From the NCBI GenBank assembly GCA_040752415.1, contig JBFMGU010000046.1, positions 1 to 51,122 of the forward strand: DNA of 51,122 nt, read 5' to 3'. This document shows, piece after piece, positions 1 through 10,849 of the stretch. Each line of letters starts with the position of its first letter. Position 1 is the first letter of the stretch. The translations under genes and the position numbers were made by a program. The stretch comes from Myxococcota bacterium (GTDB taxonomy: Bacteria; Myxococcota; JACRCW01). The notes beneath the pieces were generated by a model, which saw only the letters and a program-made list of their open reading frames with translations, ran no database searches and was not told the DNA's origin.

Positions 1-1
1 G

Positions 2-1477
2 CTGGTCCTGTTCTGCGGGCTGTTGCTGGGACCGCGGGCCGCGTTGGTGGCGGGCGCGTTGTACGCGTTGTCGTTCGCGGCGGTGGGGTGGGCGGTGGCG
101 TCGGGGACCATCTCACTGCTGCCCGGTCAGGCGCTGGACCCGCTGCAGTGGGAGAACTGGGTCCGCACCGGTCTGATGGCCACCACCGCCACGGTGATGA
201 CGGGCGTGGGAGTGGCCCACGTGGTGCGCACCATCGAGGGGGCGTTGGCGGCCAAGGTGGCCGTGCTGGAGCAGCTCCGCCAGGAGCACCTGCAGCGCAC
301 GGAGGCGGAGGCCGCGCTGGGTCGAGCGCAGGAGGTGCTGGAGCGCGCTGGGAAGCTGGAGGCGGTGGGCCTGCTGGCCGGCGGGGTGGCGCATGATTTC
401 AACAACACGCTCGCGGTGATCCTGGGCTGGGCGGAGCTGGTGCAGTCCGACCCGCGCGACTCCGCCCAGGTGCAAGCCGGCGCCGCGGCCATCCTCCGTG
501 CCGCCCGTGAAGGGGGCGAGCTGACGCGCCGGCTCCTCTCGCTTTCCCGTCGGGACATTGGCGCGCCGCGCGTGGTGGACCTGCGTGCGTTCCTGGAGGG
601 GCAGCTCCCCGCGCTGCGTCGCGTGCTCCCGGATGACGTGCTGGTGGAGGTGCGGTACGCGGACGCGCCCCACGTCTTCGTCGACGAGAGCCAGCTCCAG
701 CAGGCCCTGCTGAACCTGGTCATCAACGCGCGCGACGCCATGGAGCGGGGCGGGCGCATCGACCTTGGCGTGGGGAGCGTGGAGCTGGATGCGGCCACCG
801 CGGCAAGCTACGGCCTGCGACCCGGCCGCTACACCCAGCTGCGGGTCCGCGACACCGGCAAGGGCATGGACGCCGCCACGCGCGCGCGACTGTTCGAGCC
901 GTTCTTCACCACCAAGCCGCCGGGGCGAGGCACCGGCCTGGGGCTGTTCTCCGTCTACGGCGTGGTGCGGAGCGCGCTGGGCCACGTCACGGTGGAGAGC
1001 GAGCCGGGGCAGGGCACGGAGTTCACGCTGCTGCTGCCGGGGACGGAGGCCGCGCTGGAGGCCGCGTCGGGCCCTGCGCCGTGGGCGTGCAACACGCTGG
1101 GCGGCGGCACGGTGCTGGTGGCGGAGGATGACGCCCAGGTCCGCCGCATCATGACGGAAACGCTGCGTCGTGCCGGGGCGCAGGTGCTGGAGGCGGAAGA
1201 CGTCCGCGCGGCCATCACCCGCTCCCGGGAGCATCCCGGTGCCATCGACCTGCTGTGCGCCGACGGAATCATGCCGGGCCTTCCCACGCGCGCCCTGCTG
1301 GACGAGATCCGCAGCACCCGACCCAACTGCTCCATCCTGATCTGCTCCGGCCACGTGAACGAGGAGCTGCTCCGTCGTGACCTGACCACGGGAGCGTACG
1401 AGTTCCTGCACAAGCCGTTCTCCGCGGCGGACCTGGTGGCGCGGGCGCGCCGGGCCATGGAGATGAAGCCGGCGTGA
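2..1477 (+). CDS. Hybrid sensor histidine kinase/response regulator (5'-truncated by the window)
   Basis: H-box AGGVAHDFNNTL, N-box LLNLVINARDAM, G boxes DTGKGM/GTGLGL, F-box FEPFFTTK, and a C-terminal receiver (AEDD...CADGIMP...KPF). The frame is open to the window edge, with N-terminal TM segments. Confidence 0.93.
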   Translation: MVLFCGLLLGPRAALVAGALYALSFAAVGWAVASGTISLLPGQALDPLQWENWVRTGLMATTATVMTGVGVAHVVRTIEGALAAKVAVLEQLRQEHLQRTEAEAALGRAQEVLERAGKLEAVGLLAGGVAHDFNNTLAVILGWAELVQSDPRDSAQVQAGAAAILRAAREGGELTRRLLSLSRRDIGAPRVVDLRAFLEGQLPALRRVLPDDVLVEVRYADAPHVFVDESQLQQALLNLVINARDAMERGGRIDLGVGSVELDAATAASYGLRPGRYTQLRVRDTGKGMDAATRARLFEPFFTTKPPGRGTGLGLFSVYGVVRSALGHVTVESEPGQGTEFTLLLPGTEAALEAASGPAPWACNTLGGGTVLVAEDDAQVRRIMTETLRRAGAQVLEAEDVRAAITRSREHPGAIDLLCADGIMPGLPTRALLDEIRSTRPNCSILICSGHVNEELLRRDLTTGAYEFLHKPFSAADLVARARRAMEMKPA

Positions 1478-1535
1478 GTCTCGTGGGGGACGAGCGAAAG
1501 GGCGTCAGGGTCGTCGGGAATCCCGAACCGGGCGT

Positions 1536-4500
1536 TCAGGGTTCCACGTCGTAGACCTGCATGCCGGAGCCGGTCTGCGGCGTGGTGTAGACCGCGGTGC
1601 CGTAGGGGAGCACGTCGTGGGGACGGCTGGCGGTGGGCGTGGCGGAGACCAGGCGCACCTCCCCGCTGAACTCATCCAGCTTCCAGATCTCCAGGCCGTT
1701 GGAGCTCACGCCGTTGCCGGTGGCCAGGTAGAGGTACGGGCCGCTGCTGCGGATGGTGCTGATGTTGCCGAACACCGAGCGGTACACGCGCGGGCTCCCC
1801 GACGAGGACGTGGCGCACTCCGCGTACACCCCGCCGTTGACGCCGCCCTCGGTGGAGGTCTGCACCACGGTGAAGTCGGCGGTGCCGTCGGTGACCACCA
1901 GCCAGCCCTGCAGCTCCACGCCGGCGGTGACCGGGCCAAAGGTCCCCCCGCTGCCGCGTGGGCACGCCGCCACCTGGCCCTTCAGCGACGGGAACGTCGT
2001 GGCGCGCGGGCTGGCCACCATCAGCCAGCGGCTGGGGTCGGCGGTGCTGGCCACCACCAGGCCCCGCGCCGCCAGCAACCAGGACACCGGGGCGCCCAGG
2101 TCGCCGGTCAACGAGACGCTGGCGGGCAGCGCGCTCGGCTCGGTGGCGTCCACCATGCGCGCCTCGTTGCCCTGCGCGTAGAAGAGCAGCTGGTCGTGCA
2201 TGGCCAGGGCGCTCACGTTGGGCGCCAACACGTGGGCCAGCAGGCGGCCGCCCCCGGAGACGTCGGTGTAGTCGGAGAGCACCAGGCCGTGGCCCGGGTG
2301 CATGGTGACCACGCGGTTGCGCCACACCGCCACGTCGGTGGCGCGGCCCACCCAGCCCACGCGGTCCAGCAGCGGCAGGCCGTAGTCCGCGCCGGCCACC
2401 GACACCGCCAGGTCATCACCCGCCACGTAGACCGGGCCCACGGTGGTGCTGGGCGCCACCGCGCCGTGACGCACCGGGCGACCATCCAGCACCGGCTCCT
2501 GCCCCTGCGCCGAGAAGGCCTGCAGGGGACGAGAGAGGCCGTAGCGCAGCGCGCTGCCGTCCTCCAGACCCACGAACACCGTGTTGTCGTTGGAGTTGCC
2601 GGGATCATCCAGCAGCGCCAGCGAAACCGGACCGGCGCTGGCCGTGGCCAGGTCCTCACACCCGCGCTCCTGCGTGTTGCGCTGCCACGCGCACAGCTTG
2701 GGCCGGCCATCCGCCGCGGTCCCCAGCGCCACCGCGTAGGCGGGCGGGTTGGTGCCCTCGCCGCTGTTGTCGGGGAAGGCCACCATGCGGTTCCCGCGCG
2801 TGGCCGCGGGTGGCGCGTTGCCCAGGCTGGCGGTGCCCGCTTCACAGACCACCTCGTTGCCGGTGAGGAGCGGTTGGTAGGTGCACGCGCCCAGGCGCAG
2901 CTCCCCGCCCGGCGACTCGCACACCGCGAAGACCTCGTACAGGTTGGGCGCGTTGGGGTTCTTGGCCACCTCCACGTCAAAACAGGTGCCCGCGTTGGCC
3001 GGCAGCGTCGCGGTGAAGACGCGCGGTCCCATGGGGCTCGCCTGGTCGTAGATCTTGAGCAGGTTGGTGTAGCCCGCCACCGCCAGGTCCCGACCCACGT
3101 CGGCGTCCTGGTACACGGTGAGCTGGGCGGGCTGCGCCGGGCCCAGGTTGGCGGAGGGCGGCAGCGTGGTGAAGGGAGGGAGCTGCGACTGCAGGCCAAA
3201 GTTGAAGTAGCCCAGCGTCCAGTCCGCGCCCACCAGCGTCACGCTCCACACCCGCTGCTGGTTGTCCAGCGCCATCACCGGCAGCGGCGCGGAGTGCAGC
3301 GCGGGTCCCACCGTGGTGATCTCCCGCTCCTGCAGGCGGTAGAGCTTCACCAGGTCGCGCTGGCCGTCCTCATCAAACACCACGGCAATGTAACCGTTGG
3401 CGGAGACATCCATGACGTGCACGCGCGCGGTCTGCACCTGGCTGGCCGTGGGGCTGGCCGCGGTCATGTCCACCACGGTGAACTGCGCCTGCGGGTCGCC
3501 CGCCACCATCAGGTGCCCCATGGTGGCCAGCCGTCCCTCCCGCACCTGCGGCACGGTGCTGCGCGGGATCCACGTGGTGGGCGTCACCAGCGAGACCGAG
3601 ACCAGGCCGCGCTCCCCCGCGCCCAGCATGACCTCGTGCCCCTGCAGCACCACGTCGTTGATGTCCACGTCCTTCACCGCGCCGGTGAGCGTGTAGGCCA
3701 GGTCGCGGTCGTTGTCGTAGCTGGACAGCGCGAACTCCCGCTGATCACCGGCCAGGTAGAGCTCATTGGCCGCCGCCACCGTCTTGAACGTGGTGCTGGA
3801 CCCCACCTCCCCCAGCGGCTGCAGGCTCCACGTGCCGTCCTGCTGCCCGTGGTAGCGGAAGCGCCGCACCGTCCCCGCGGAGAGCGTGAGCACGTCGCCA
3901 TCCAGGCGCAGCGTGGCGGTGTTCATGCGCGCGTCCTCGGAGAGGTTGACCAGCGCGTCGCGGCAGCCGCTGATCTGCGCGCCCGGCTCATGCTGGCAGG
4001 TGCGCAGGCGCAAGGTTCCGTTGGTGTCGGCGCGGGAGCACCAGGTGACCACCGAGTCGCTCACCACCAGGCACTGGTGATTGACCGTCTCGCCGCGGGG
4101 ACCACCGGGCAGGCTCTCCAGCGTGGACTCCTGTCCCTCGTCGGGGCGCGCGCCGTAGAGACGGATGGTGCCGCCTTCCGTGTAGCTGAGCCAGAGCTCG
4201 CGACCGTGCACGGCCAGGCTGTCCAGGCGGAAGTCGGTGCTGGTGCTGAGGCACGGGCCCGGCTGGGCCTGCAGCTCGTCGTGGTAGGCGCCACCCAGGT
4301 TCCCGTCCGCCAGGGTCAGGTACAACGGCCGAACGCACCCTGGTGGCACCGAGGCGTCCTGCACCACCACCACCGCGCTCAGGCCGGACACCGCCAGCGC
4401 GCCCACGCGGTCGGTGTCGCCGTACACCTCGTAGGGGGTGTTGAAATCAAAGCTGGCCAGCGGGCGCATCTGGTGCGCGTTGGACGCGTCGACGACGATG

Positions 4501-7500
4501 AGCCGCGTGCTGGTGAGCACCCAGGCCAGCCCCTGGCTGTAGCTGACCGCCAGCAGGCTGCCGAAGGCCCCGGCCACCTCGGTGAGCGCGCCAGTGACCA
4601 GGTCCACCGCCACCACGCCGCTGGTCCCCGCCGCGAAGTACGCGTACGCGCCGTCGTCGGTGACGGTGGCCGAGCCCTGCACCGCGGCGGGCTGGTTCTG
4701 GCCGGTGCGCGCGGGGTTGCTGCTGCGCGGCAGGCCGCCCAGGAGCTCCACCGCCACCACCTGCGCGCGGTCGTCGGTGCGCGCCTTGCCGGAGATGACC
4801 GCCAGGCTGCTGCCCACCGCCAGCGTGACCTCACGCGAGTGCTGCTGGTTGAAGCCCTGCGCCGCCAGCGAGCCGAAGTCCGGGCCGGTCTCACCGAAGT
4901 CATAGAGGTCCGAGCCCGTGAGATCGGTGGCGCCGCCGGCGAGCGGGAAGGTGCGCAGCACGCCGTGGCTGGCCGCGTAGAGCATGCCGTTGGCCCGGGT
5001 GAGCGCATGGAACGCGTTGGCCTGGTCGTCGACGTACGCCGCAACCTGGAGTGTTCCCGCGGCACTGTGCTGGTAGGCGGAGAGCACGCTGGCACTGCTG
5101 CCGCCGCCCAGCACGTACACCGTGTTGTCGCCACGGCTGGTGACGTCGCCGCCGGCGTCGCAGGCCAGCGCGCGGATGGGCGCGGGGAAGCTGACCTCCT
5201 GCAGGGGACGCGGGTGCAGCCCGGCGTTCGAGGCGGCCAGGTCGCCCACCGCCGACTCCAGGCTGATCTCGAGGATCTTGCCGGTGCTCCAGTCCGTGGA
5301 GGCCAGCGCCGCGTACAACACGCTCTCGCCCGGGCAGCGGACGATGTCGACGACGCGCTGGTCCAGGCTGATGGTGATGGCGGGCAGGTGGACGCGGTCC
5401 TTGTCGTCGGGGCTGAAGAACTCCACGCGGCCTTCCTCACCCACCGCCACCACCAGGCCACTGCCCAGGTCAAAGGCCTCCACGCTGTAGCCGGGCGCCT
5501 CCAGCGCAATCACCTGCGGGGTGTTGTCGCCACGGGGCGGCGGCTGCAGGTTCGCGGTGTTCCCGGTCCGACGGTACAGGTACAGCTGGTTGTCGGTGAC
5601 GCCGGCCAGGTACTTGAGCCCGTCGGAGATGCGTTTGACGTAGTCCACGTCCTTGAACGTGCCGCCGTAGGAGCCGCGCAGCTCCGGGGTGACCAGGTTG
5701 GGATCCGCGCGCCCCTGTCCGGAATACGCGCTGGTGAGCGGTACCGCGTCGTAGGCCTGCACCGCCACGAAGATGGGTGAGCCGTTGGGGACGCCGGTGA
5801 GCTGGAACTGCGTCACCAGGCCCACGTCAATGGGTGAGGAGCCTTCATTGGCAAACGTGCCGCCGAACGCGCTGGTGGTGCCGTAGGACACCTTGTACCC
5901 GACGACATCCGTGCTCTGCGACGCGGTCCAGCTGATGAACACCTTGCCGTCGCCGCTGCGCACCTGGATGTCGCTGGGCGCGAGCGGCTCGGTGCTGTCC
6001 TCCACGTAGGTCACCGCGGCTTCCGCCGAGACGTTGCCCGCGCCGTCACGCGCGCGCACCGCCAGCCGGTTCTCCGCGTCCTTCTTGAGGCGGAAGGTGA
6101 AGGGTCCCTGCCCCGGCACCGGGGTCCAGCCGCGATGCAGCGTCCCACCCAGCACCTCGTAGACCAGCGTGCCCGCCGCGAAGCTGGAGAGCGCGTCGGT
6201 GGCGTGCGTGGACAGCGTGACGCTCACGTTCTCCGCGCCCTCCGGCAGGTCCACCACGCTGGAGGTGTTGTCCAGCACCGGGGTCTGGGGTGCGGTGCGG
6301 TCCAGGATGATGCTCGCCCGGAGGGTGCTGGTGGTCTCGTTGCCGGCGGCGTCGCGGTAGCGGAAGTAGACGTCCTGCGGCCCGTCGGAGAGCGAGCCGT
6401 CCAGCAGGTAGATCACGTACTCCGTGTACGGCTGGTACGCGCCGAAGTTGCTCTCCTGTCCCAGCGCAAAGGCCATCTCCACCGCGTCGGTGGCGTTGTT
6501 GCGCAGGGAGACGGAGACGCTGCCCGTGAACGCGTCGCCGCCGTTGATGAGGCCCGCGCTGGCGTCGGGCGGGGTGATGTCCACCGTGATGACGTCGGAG
6601 ACCACCGTGCTGGCGTTGCCCAGCTCGTCCACGACCTTGAGGTACACCGTCTGCGCCACGCCCTCGGTGGAACCCACCGTGATGGTGCCGGTGGTGAAGG
6701 AGCCCGGCGTCCCCGGCGTGTAGCTCCCCGTCACCGCGACGCTGAAGTCGGGCGAGAGCGAGAGGTGGTAGGTGCCGTTCTCGCTCGCCGCCAGCGAGGC
6801 GGGGACGTCGTAGGACGGCGTGGCGGTGGCGTACACGTCGGAGCGGTTCCAGGAGGCGGGGCGCGCGCTTTCGCGGTTGAGCTCCAGCACCACCGACTGC
6901 GGCGGCGTCTGGTCCAACGTCAGCGCGCTGGAAGCGGTGACCGGGCTGGGCGTGACGTTGCCCACCGCGTCCTTGAAACAGGCCTGCACGTTGCGCGTGC
7001 CGTTGCCGGCGGGGACGGTGACGTAGCTGGTCTCCGCGAACGTGCCGTACGACGCCGTGGCGCAGGAGAGCGCGGCCCCCTCCGGCGCCAGCGCAATGCC
7101 CACCGGCGCGCCGGTGAGGGAATCCCCGCCGCTGCAGCTGCTGGAGGTGACCTTCACCGTCGTCACCGCGCTCTTGCCCGCGGGGGCGTCGGTGACCCCG
7201 TCGGCCATGAAGCCGGAGAGCGTGATGGTGCAGGAGGGTGAGGTCTGGTCGACCTCGATGCTGGCGTCCACGGGGCCCACGGTGTTGCCGGCCAGGTCCT
7301 TGAGGCACACGCTGACGGTGCCCGCCGCGTCCAGCGTGAAGGGAACCACCGGCGCAAAGGCGCGTGTGTAGCCCGCCAGGCCGCAGTCCAGCGTGCTGGT
7401 GCCCACCGCCATGAGGTCCGCGTCGGCGCCCTCCACCAGCAGCTCCACCTGCAGTGACGACGTCACCGCGAGGTTGTCCGTCCCATCCGCGTTGCGGCCG

Positions 7501-9344
7501 ATGATGGTGACGGAGGTCAGCGTGGGCGGCGCGCGATCCAGCGTGATGAACGCGCTGGCGGTGCCGCTGGTGTTGCCCGCGACGTCGCGGAAGCGCGCGT
7601 ACACGGCGCGGAGCCCGTCGTCGCCGGTGAGGGTGAGCTGCGCGGTGGTGGCGTACGCGGTGGCGAGGGGCGCGGTGAAGCCGGGGTCCTCGGAGAGGTC
7701 CATCTCCACGACGTCACCGGTGGCGCCCAGCGTGAGGTCCAGGAGCGCGCTGGTGGCGTAGCTGGCGCCGCCGTTGATGGTGACCGCGGGCGCGCCCGGC
7801 GCGGTGGCATCGAGCGTGATGCTGGCCTCCGCGCTGCCGGTGTTGCCCGCCACGTCGCGCAGGCAGGCGGTCACCGTCTTCTCCCCGTCGGAGCCCAGGA
7901 GCAGCCAGGTCTGCTCGGTGAACGGGGCACCATACACGGCGCTGGCGCACCCGGTGGCGCTGCCGTTGATCACCGCCACGCTCGCCACGTCGTCACCGGC
8001 GGTCAGCGTCAACGTCACCGCGGGATCCCGGGTCATTCCCGTGCCGGTGCCCTGGATGCCAAGCGTCCCGGTGGGAGCCACGCGGTCCAGGGTGATGCGT
8101 GCCTCTGCCACGTCGCTCTCGTTGCCCGCGGGGTCGCGCACCTGGAGCTGCAGCTCGTGGACACCGTCGCGGTCCTCCAGCGTGAAGGTGCGCTGCAGCG
8201 CCAGCGGCTCCCACGTGGTCACCTGGTCCAGCGCGGGGTTGCACGTCACGGTTTCCCCGTCGACGGCGCACGCGGTCATGCGCATCTCCAGCGTGTCGGC
8301 GAGCAGGTCGCGCGCGGCCATGCGGACGGCCACGTTGCGGCTGCTGGTGCCGGCGTTTCCGCCCTCCACGGTGAAGGACTCGACGACGGGCGCCGCCAGG
8401 TCACGCACCAGGAACAGCGAGTAGAGCGGGGACTCGTAGCTGCACCCGTCGGAGAACTGGAACACGTACTCGGTGCGTCCCTCGGGGATGTCCTCCAGGT
8501 GGAATCCGTCGGGCGGGGTGAGGTCGTAGCCGGGCGCGTCCTCCCCGGCCTTCCACCAACGCCCCCGACGTGCGTACGCGCTGTCCACCTTCACGGTGAC
8601 GGCGGTGAAGCTGCGGGACACGTGCCAGGTGCTGCCCTCCTCACGCGCTTCATCCTGGCCGGAGGAGAGACGGGCGCGCGTGGCGGCGAGGCCCAGGCCC
8701 TCCACGGTGACCTCCTCACCTTCCTCGCCCACGGTGACGGCGGGAGCACACGCGGTCTGCGCGGCGGGCGTGGCGTAGCCGGACTTGGTCACCTCCACGG
8801 AGTGCACGCCCACCGGAACCTCGGTGAGCGTGAAGGTGCCGTTCTCCACGGTGGTGCTGAGCGTCTGGCCGTCGGCGGTCTGCAGCGTGACGGTGGCGCC
8901 GTCGGCGGGCTCGTTGTCGGTCTGGTCCACGCTGCCGGTGACCGTGCCGGTGGCCAGCGTGAGGCGGATGACGCCCAGGTTGGTCACGCTGCCGGAGGTG
9001 GCGCGCACGCGCGCTTCATAGCGCTTGTAGGCGGAGCGGGTGGCCGTGGGCGTCAGTCCGCCGCTGTAGACCACGCTGAGCGTGTAGACGTCCGGTTCCA
9101 CGTCGGAGATCTCGAACTCGCCGTCCTCCGCGGGCGCCACGCCGCCTTCCCCGCGACCGAGGTCCACCCGCACGCGGCTCATGTCATTGAGCCCGGCAAT
9201 CCCCACCAGCTCCACGCGCCCCTGGATGCTCGCGCGGGTTCCGGTGCTGGTCCCTCCACACGACGACGCGCACGCCTGCAGCGCGCACAGGATGATGCCC
9301 AGCAGACGCAGGGAGAGATGCTTCCGTTCCATGGGTGACTCCAC
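1536..9344 (-). CDS. Giant (~2600 aa) surface lipoprotein: carboxypeptidase-regulatory-like domains, ~8 Ig-like repeats, FN3 and a beta-propeller-like C-terminal region
   Basis: Long ORF with a signal peptide ending in Cys (ALQAC/SSC). It has eight (R/K/V)DxxGN...LDxxxP repeats and an FN3 motif (APSDIQVRSGDGKVFISWTAS..VVGYKVSYG), followed by beta-rich LVIVD-like repeats. Confidence 0.85.
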   Translation of the reverse strand: MESPMERKHLSLRLLGIILCALQACASSCGGTSTGTRASIQGRVELVGIAGLNDMSRVRVDLGRGEGGVAPAEDGEFEISDVEPDVYTLSVVYSGGLTPTATRSAYKRYEARVRATSGSVTNLGVIRLTLATGTVTGSVDQTDNEPADGATVTLQTADGQTLSTTVENGTFTLTEVPVGVHSVEVTKSGYATPAAQTACAPAVTVGEEGEEVTVEGLGLAATRARLSSGQDEAREEGSTWHVSRSFTAVTVKVDSAYARRGRWWKAGEDAPGYDLTPPDGFHLEDIPEGRTEYVFQFSDGCSYESPLYSLFLVRDLAAPVVESFTVEGGNAGTSSRNVAVRMAARDLLADTLEMRMTACAVDGETVTCNPALDQVTTWEPLALQRTFTLEDRDGVHELQLQVRDPAGNESDVAEARITLDRVAPTGTLGIQGTGTGMTRDPAVTLTLTAGDDVASVAVINGSATGCASAVYGAPFTEQTWLLLGSDGEKTVTACLRDVAGNTGSAEASITLDATAPGAPAVTINGGASYATSALLDLTLGATGDVVEMDLSEDPGFTAPLATAYATTAQLTLTGDDGLRAVYARFRDVAGNTSGTASAFITLDRAPPTLTSVTIIGRNADGTDNLAVTSSLQVELLVEGADADLMAVGTSTLDCGLAGYTRAFAPVVPFTLDAAGTVSVCLKDLAGNTVGPVDASIEVDQTSPSCTITLSGFMADGVTDAPAGKSAVTTVKVTSSSCSGGDSLTGAPVGIALAPEGAALSCATASYGTFAETSYVTVPAGNGTRNVQACFKDAVGNVTPSPVTASSALTLDQTPPQSVVLELNRESARPASWNRSDVYATATPSYDVPASLAASENGTYHLSLSPDFSVAVTGSYTPGTPGSFTTGTITVGSTEGVAQTVYLKVVDELGNASTVVSDVITVDITPPDASAGLINGGDAFTGSVSVSLRNNATDAVEMAFALGQESNFGAYQPYTEYVIYLLDGSLSDGPQDVYFRYRDAAGNETTSTLRASIILDRTAPQTPVLDNTSSVVDLPEGAENVSVTLSTHATDALSSFAAGTLVYEVLGGTLHRGWTPVPGQGPFTFRLKKDAENRLAVRARDGAGNVSAEAAVTYVEDSTEPLAPSDIQVRSGDGKVFISWTASQSTDVVGYKVSYGTTSAFGGTFANEGSSPIDVGLVTQFQLTGVPNGSPIFVAVQAYDAVPLTSAYSGQGRADPNLVTPELRGSYGGTFKDVDYVKRISDGLKYLAGVTDNQLYLYRRTGNTANLQPPPRGDNTPQVIALEAPGYSVEAFDLGSGLVVAVGEEGRVEFFSPDDKDRVHLPAITISLDQRVVDIVRCPGESVLYAALASTDWSTGKILEISLESAVGDLAASNAGLHPRPLQEVSFPAPIRALACDAGGDVTSRGDNTVYVLGGGSSASVLSAYQHSAAGTLQVAAYVDDQANAFHALTRANGMLYAASHGVLRTFPLAGGATDLTGSDLYDFGETGPDFGSLAAQGFNQQHSREVTLAVGSSLAVISGKARTDDRAQVVAVELLGGLPRSSNPARTGQNQPAAVQGSATVTDDGAYAYFAAGTSGVVAVDLVTGALTEVAGAFGSLLAVSYSQGLAWVLTSTRLIVVDASNAHQMRPLASFDFNTPYEVYGDTDRVGALAVSGLSAVVVVQDASVPPGCVRPLYLTLADGNLGGAYHDELQAQPGPCLSTSTDFRLDSLAVHGRELWLSYTEGGTIRLYGARPDEGQESTLESLPGGPRGETVNHQCLVVSDSVVTWCSRADTNGTLRLRTCQHEPGAQISGCRDALVNLSEDARMNTATLRLDGDVLTLSAGTVRRFRYHGQQDGTWSLQPLGEVGSSTTFKTVAAANELYLAGDQREFALSSYDNDRDLAYTLTGAVKDVDINDVVLQGHEVMLGAGERGLVSVSLVTPTTWIPRSTVPQVREGRLATMGHLMVAGDPQAQFTVVDMTAASPTASQVQTARVHVMDVSANGYIAVVFDEDGQRDLVKLYRLQEREITTVGPALHSAPLPVMALDNQQRVWSVTLVGADWTLGYFNFGLQSQLPPFTTLPPSANLGPAQPAQLTVYQDADVGRDLAVAGYTNLLKIYDQASPMGPRVFTATLPANAGTCFDVEVAKNPNAPNLYEVFAVCESPGGELRLGACTYQPLLTGNEVVCEAGTASLGNAPPAATRGNRMVAFPDNSGEGTNPPAYAVALGTAADGRPKLCAWQRNTQERGCEDLATASAGPVSLALLDDPGNSNDNTVFVGLEDGSALRYGLSRPLQAFSAQGQEPVLDGRPVRHGAVAPSTTVGPVYVAGDDLAVSVAGADYGLPLLDRVGWVGRATDVAVWRNRVVTMHPGHGLVLSDYTDVSGGGRLLAHVLAPNVSALAMHDQLLFYAQGNEARMVDATEPSALPASVSLTGDLGAPVSWLLAARGLVVASTADPSRWLMVASPRATTFPSLKGQVAACPRGSGGTFGPVTAGVELQGWLVVTDGTADFTVVQTSTEGGVNGGVYAECATSSSGSPRVYRSVFGNISTIRSSGPYLYLATGNGVSSNGLEIWKLDEFSGEVRLVSATPTASRPHDVLPYGTAVYTTPQTGSGMQVYDVEP

Positions 9345-9469
9345 GCAAGTTCACGGCGGGCATACTACACGCGGCCCAGGCGCGCGCGGGGACGTCCCCA
9401 CGCAAACGCTGCGACGTGAGCAAGCGCACAGCGACGGCGTGACCGGGATCGCACTTCGGGAGTGCTGGC

Positions 9470-10849
9470 TCACCGGGTCAGATGATTGGCCAGCTCCGCC
9501 AGGACTTTCTCGTAGGTGTGTCCGCAAATGGAGTCGAGGAAGGCCGGACCGTTTCCCGGCCCCAACGCCAGCCCCACGTAGCGGTCCGCGCGATCACCGG
9601 TGCAGCAGTCCTGCGCCGTGGGCCCTCCCGCCGGATCCTCATGGAACGGAAGCTGACCGCAGTACGCGTTGGCCACCGGCTCACCACATTCCACCACGCT
9701 GATGCTGGCACCGTGCGCCGGCGTGCACTGCAGGATCGGGTACGCGCCCGGCGCGGAGCCGTTGCAGCGACAATCACCGGAAACGAAAGAGCCGTCGTTG
9801 TCGCGAGTGCCCGCCACGATGGCGGCGATGTTCAACAGAGAAGGCGACGGCTTGAGTCCCTGCAGGAACCCCACGAACTCGGAGACCGGTCGCAGCTCGT
9901 CGGCGTCGGAATAGCAGCGGCTGGTTTCCGCCATGCGCGTCTCGTTGATCCCGTCTTCCCGGTCGTAGTGGGTGCAGTCGTTCTCGTCGGAGAGGATGAC
10001 AACGACCAGCCGCGGTTCCGGTGATGCGGCCGAGGCGTGGCGGAGGAAGGCGCTACGCTCCGCATCGCACGAAGCGTCCGCGGGCGTCACGGCGGGGTCC
10101 AGGAACGCGCGGATGGAATCCAGGCCCTCCTCGAATCCGCTGCCGCAGGTTCCCACGTTGCTGATGATCTCGCGCAGCTTGCGCGACAGGAAAGCGACGT
10201 CGCCATCAGAAGACCGGACCAGCCGCGGTTCATCCACGTTCCACCTTCCCTGCAGGCAACCCCGCTGGAACACCCCCCCGGTGCGACCGCTGTCCGGCGG
10301 CACGCAAAAGGGGCCTCCCACGTTGTCCTGCTCTCCGTCGTCGGTGGTGATGACGCCGATCTGGAAGTCCACGCCCGCCGCCAGGAGCCGCTCCAGGAAG
10401 TGACACCCCGACCACGTGGCGGCGAACTCCGCGCCTTGCGTGCCGGCCACCGACTCCCATCTCTCCGGCGGCAGACCTCGCACGTCCTCGTGCGCCATGA
10501 AGGCCCGGAGCGCTTCCACCTCCTGCGGCGTGTCGCAGCGCCCGGCGCAGTCTCCCCCCGGAGCACACTGCCCGGCGATGACTTCCTGCAGCGCGGCCTG
10601 CTCCTCCGCCATGGAGCCGGAATTGTCGACGACAAACAGGATATCCACGGGCGGCGTGCCCCCCGGTCCGGCGTCTCCCATCGAGGTCCCGCCGTCCTGC
10701 GGTGTGGTGCTCGTCGACAATCCGGGACAAGCCGCGCCCAGCAGGGCCAAAGCCAGGAATCCCGCCGCGTGACACCGGGTGGCCGGCTGCACTCTTCGTT
10801 CCATGCTTGCGTGAGTACTCGCGGATGGGCGCGGAAACAACGTCGTCAC
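9470..10849 (-). CDS. vWA-domain Cys-rich lipoprotein (CglB-like family)
   Basis: Lipobox LGAAC, MIDAS motif DILFVVDNSGSMAEEQ, plus FQIGVITTD, GSGFEEGL and VVILSDENDC. The GTG start overlaps the upstream stop; an alternative ATG is at 10804. Confidence 0.85.
   Translation of the reverse strand: MTTLFPRPSASTHASMERRVQPATRCHAAGFLALALLGAACPGLSTSTTPQDGGTSMGDAGPGGTPPVDILFVVDNSGSMAEEQAALQEVIAGQCAPGGDCAGRCDTPQEVEALRAFMAHEDVRGLPPERWESVAGTQGAEFAATWSGCHFLERLLAAGVDFQIGVITTDDGEQDNVGGPFCVPPDSGRTGGVFQRGCLQGRWNVDEPRLVRSSDGDVAFLSRKLREIISNVGTCGSGFEEGLDSIRAFLDPAVTPADASCDAERSAFLRHASAASPEPRLVVVILSDENDCTHYDREDGINETRMAETSRCYSDADELRPVSEFVGFLQGLKPSPSLLNIAAIVAGTRDNDGSFVSGDCRCNGSAPGAYPILQCTPAHGASISVVECGEPVANAYCGQLPFHEDPAGGPTAQDCCTGDRADRYVGLALGPGNGPAFLDSICGHTYEKVLAELANHLTR

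Noticed and set aside
1617..5780. Long antisense and alternative-frame ORFs (e.g. 1387 aa here; also 13651-15945, 16395-19517, 40223-42271, 45908-47995)
   Set aside because: These are shadow ORFs expected in high-GC DNA. They overlap well-supported genes and have no recognisable motifs.
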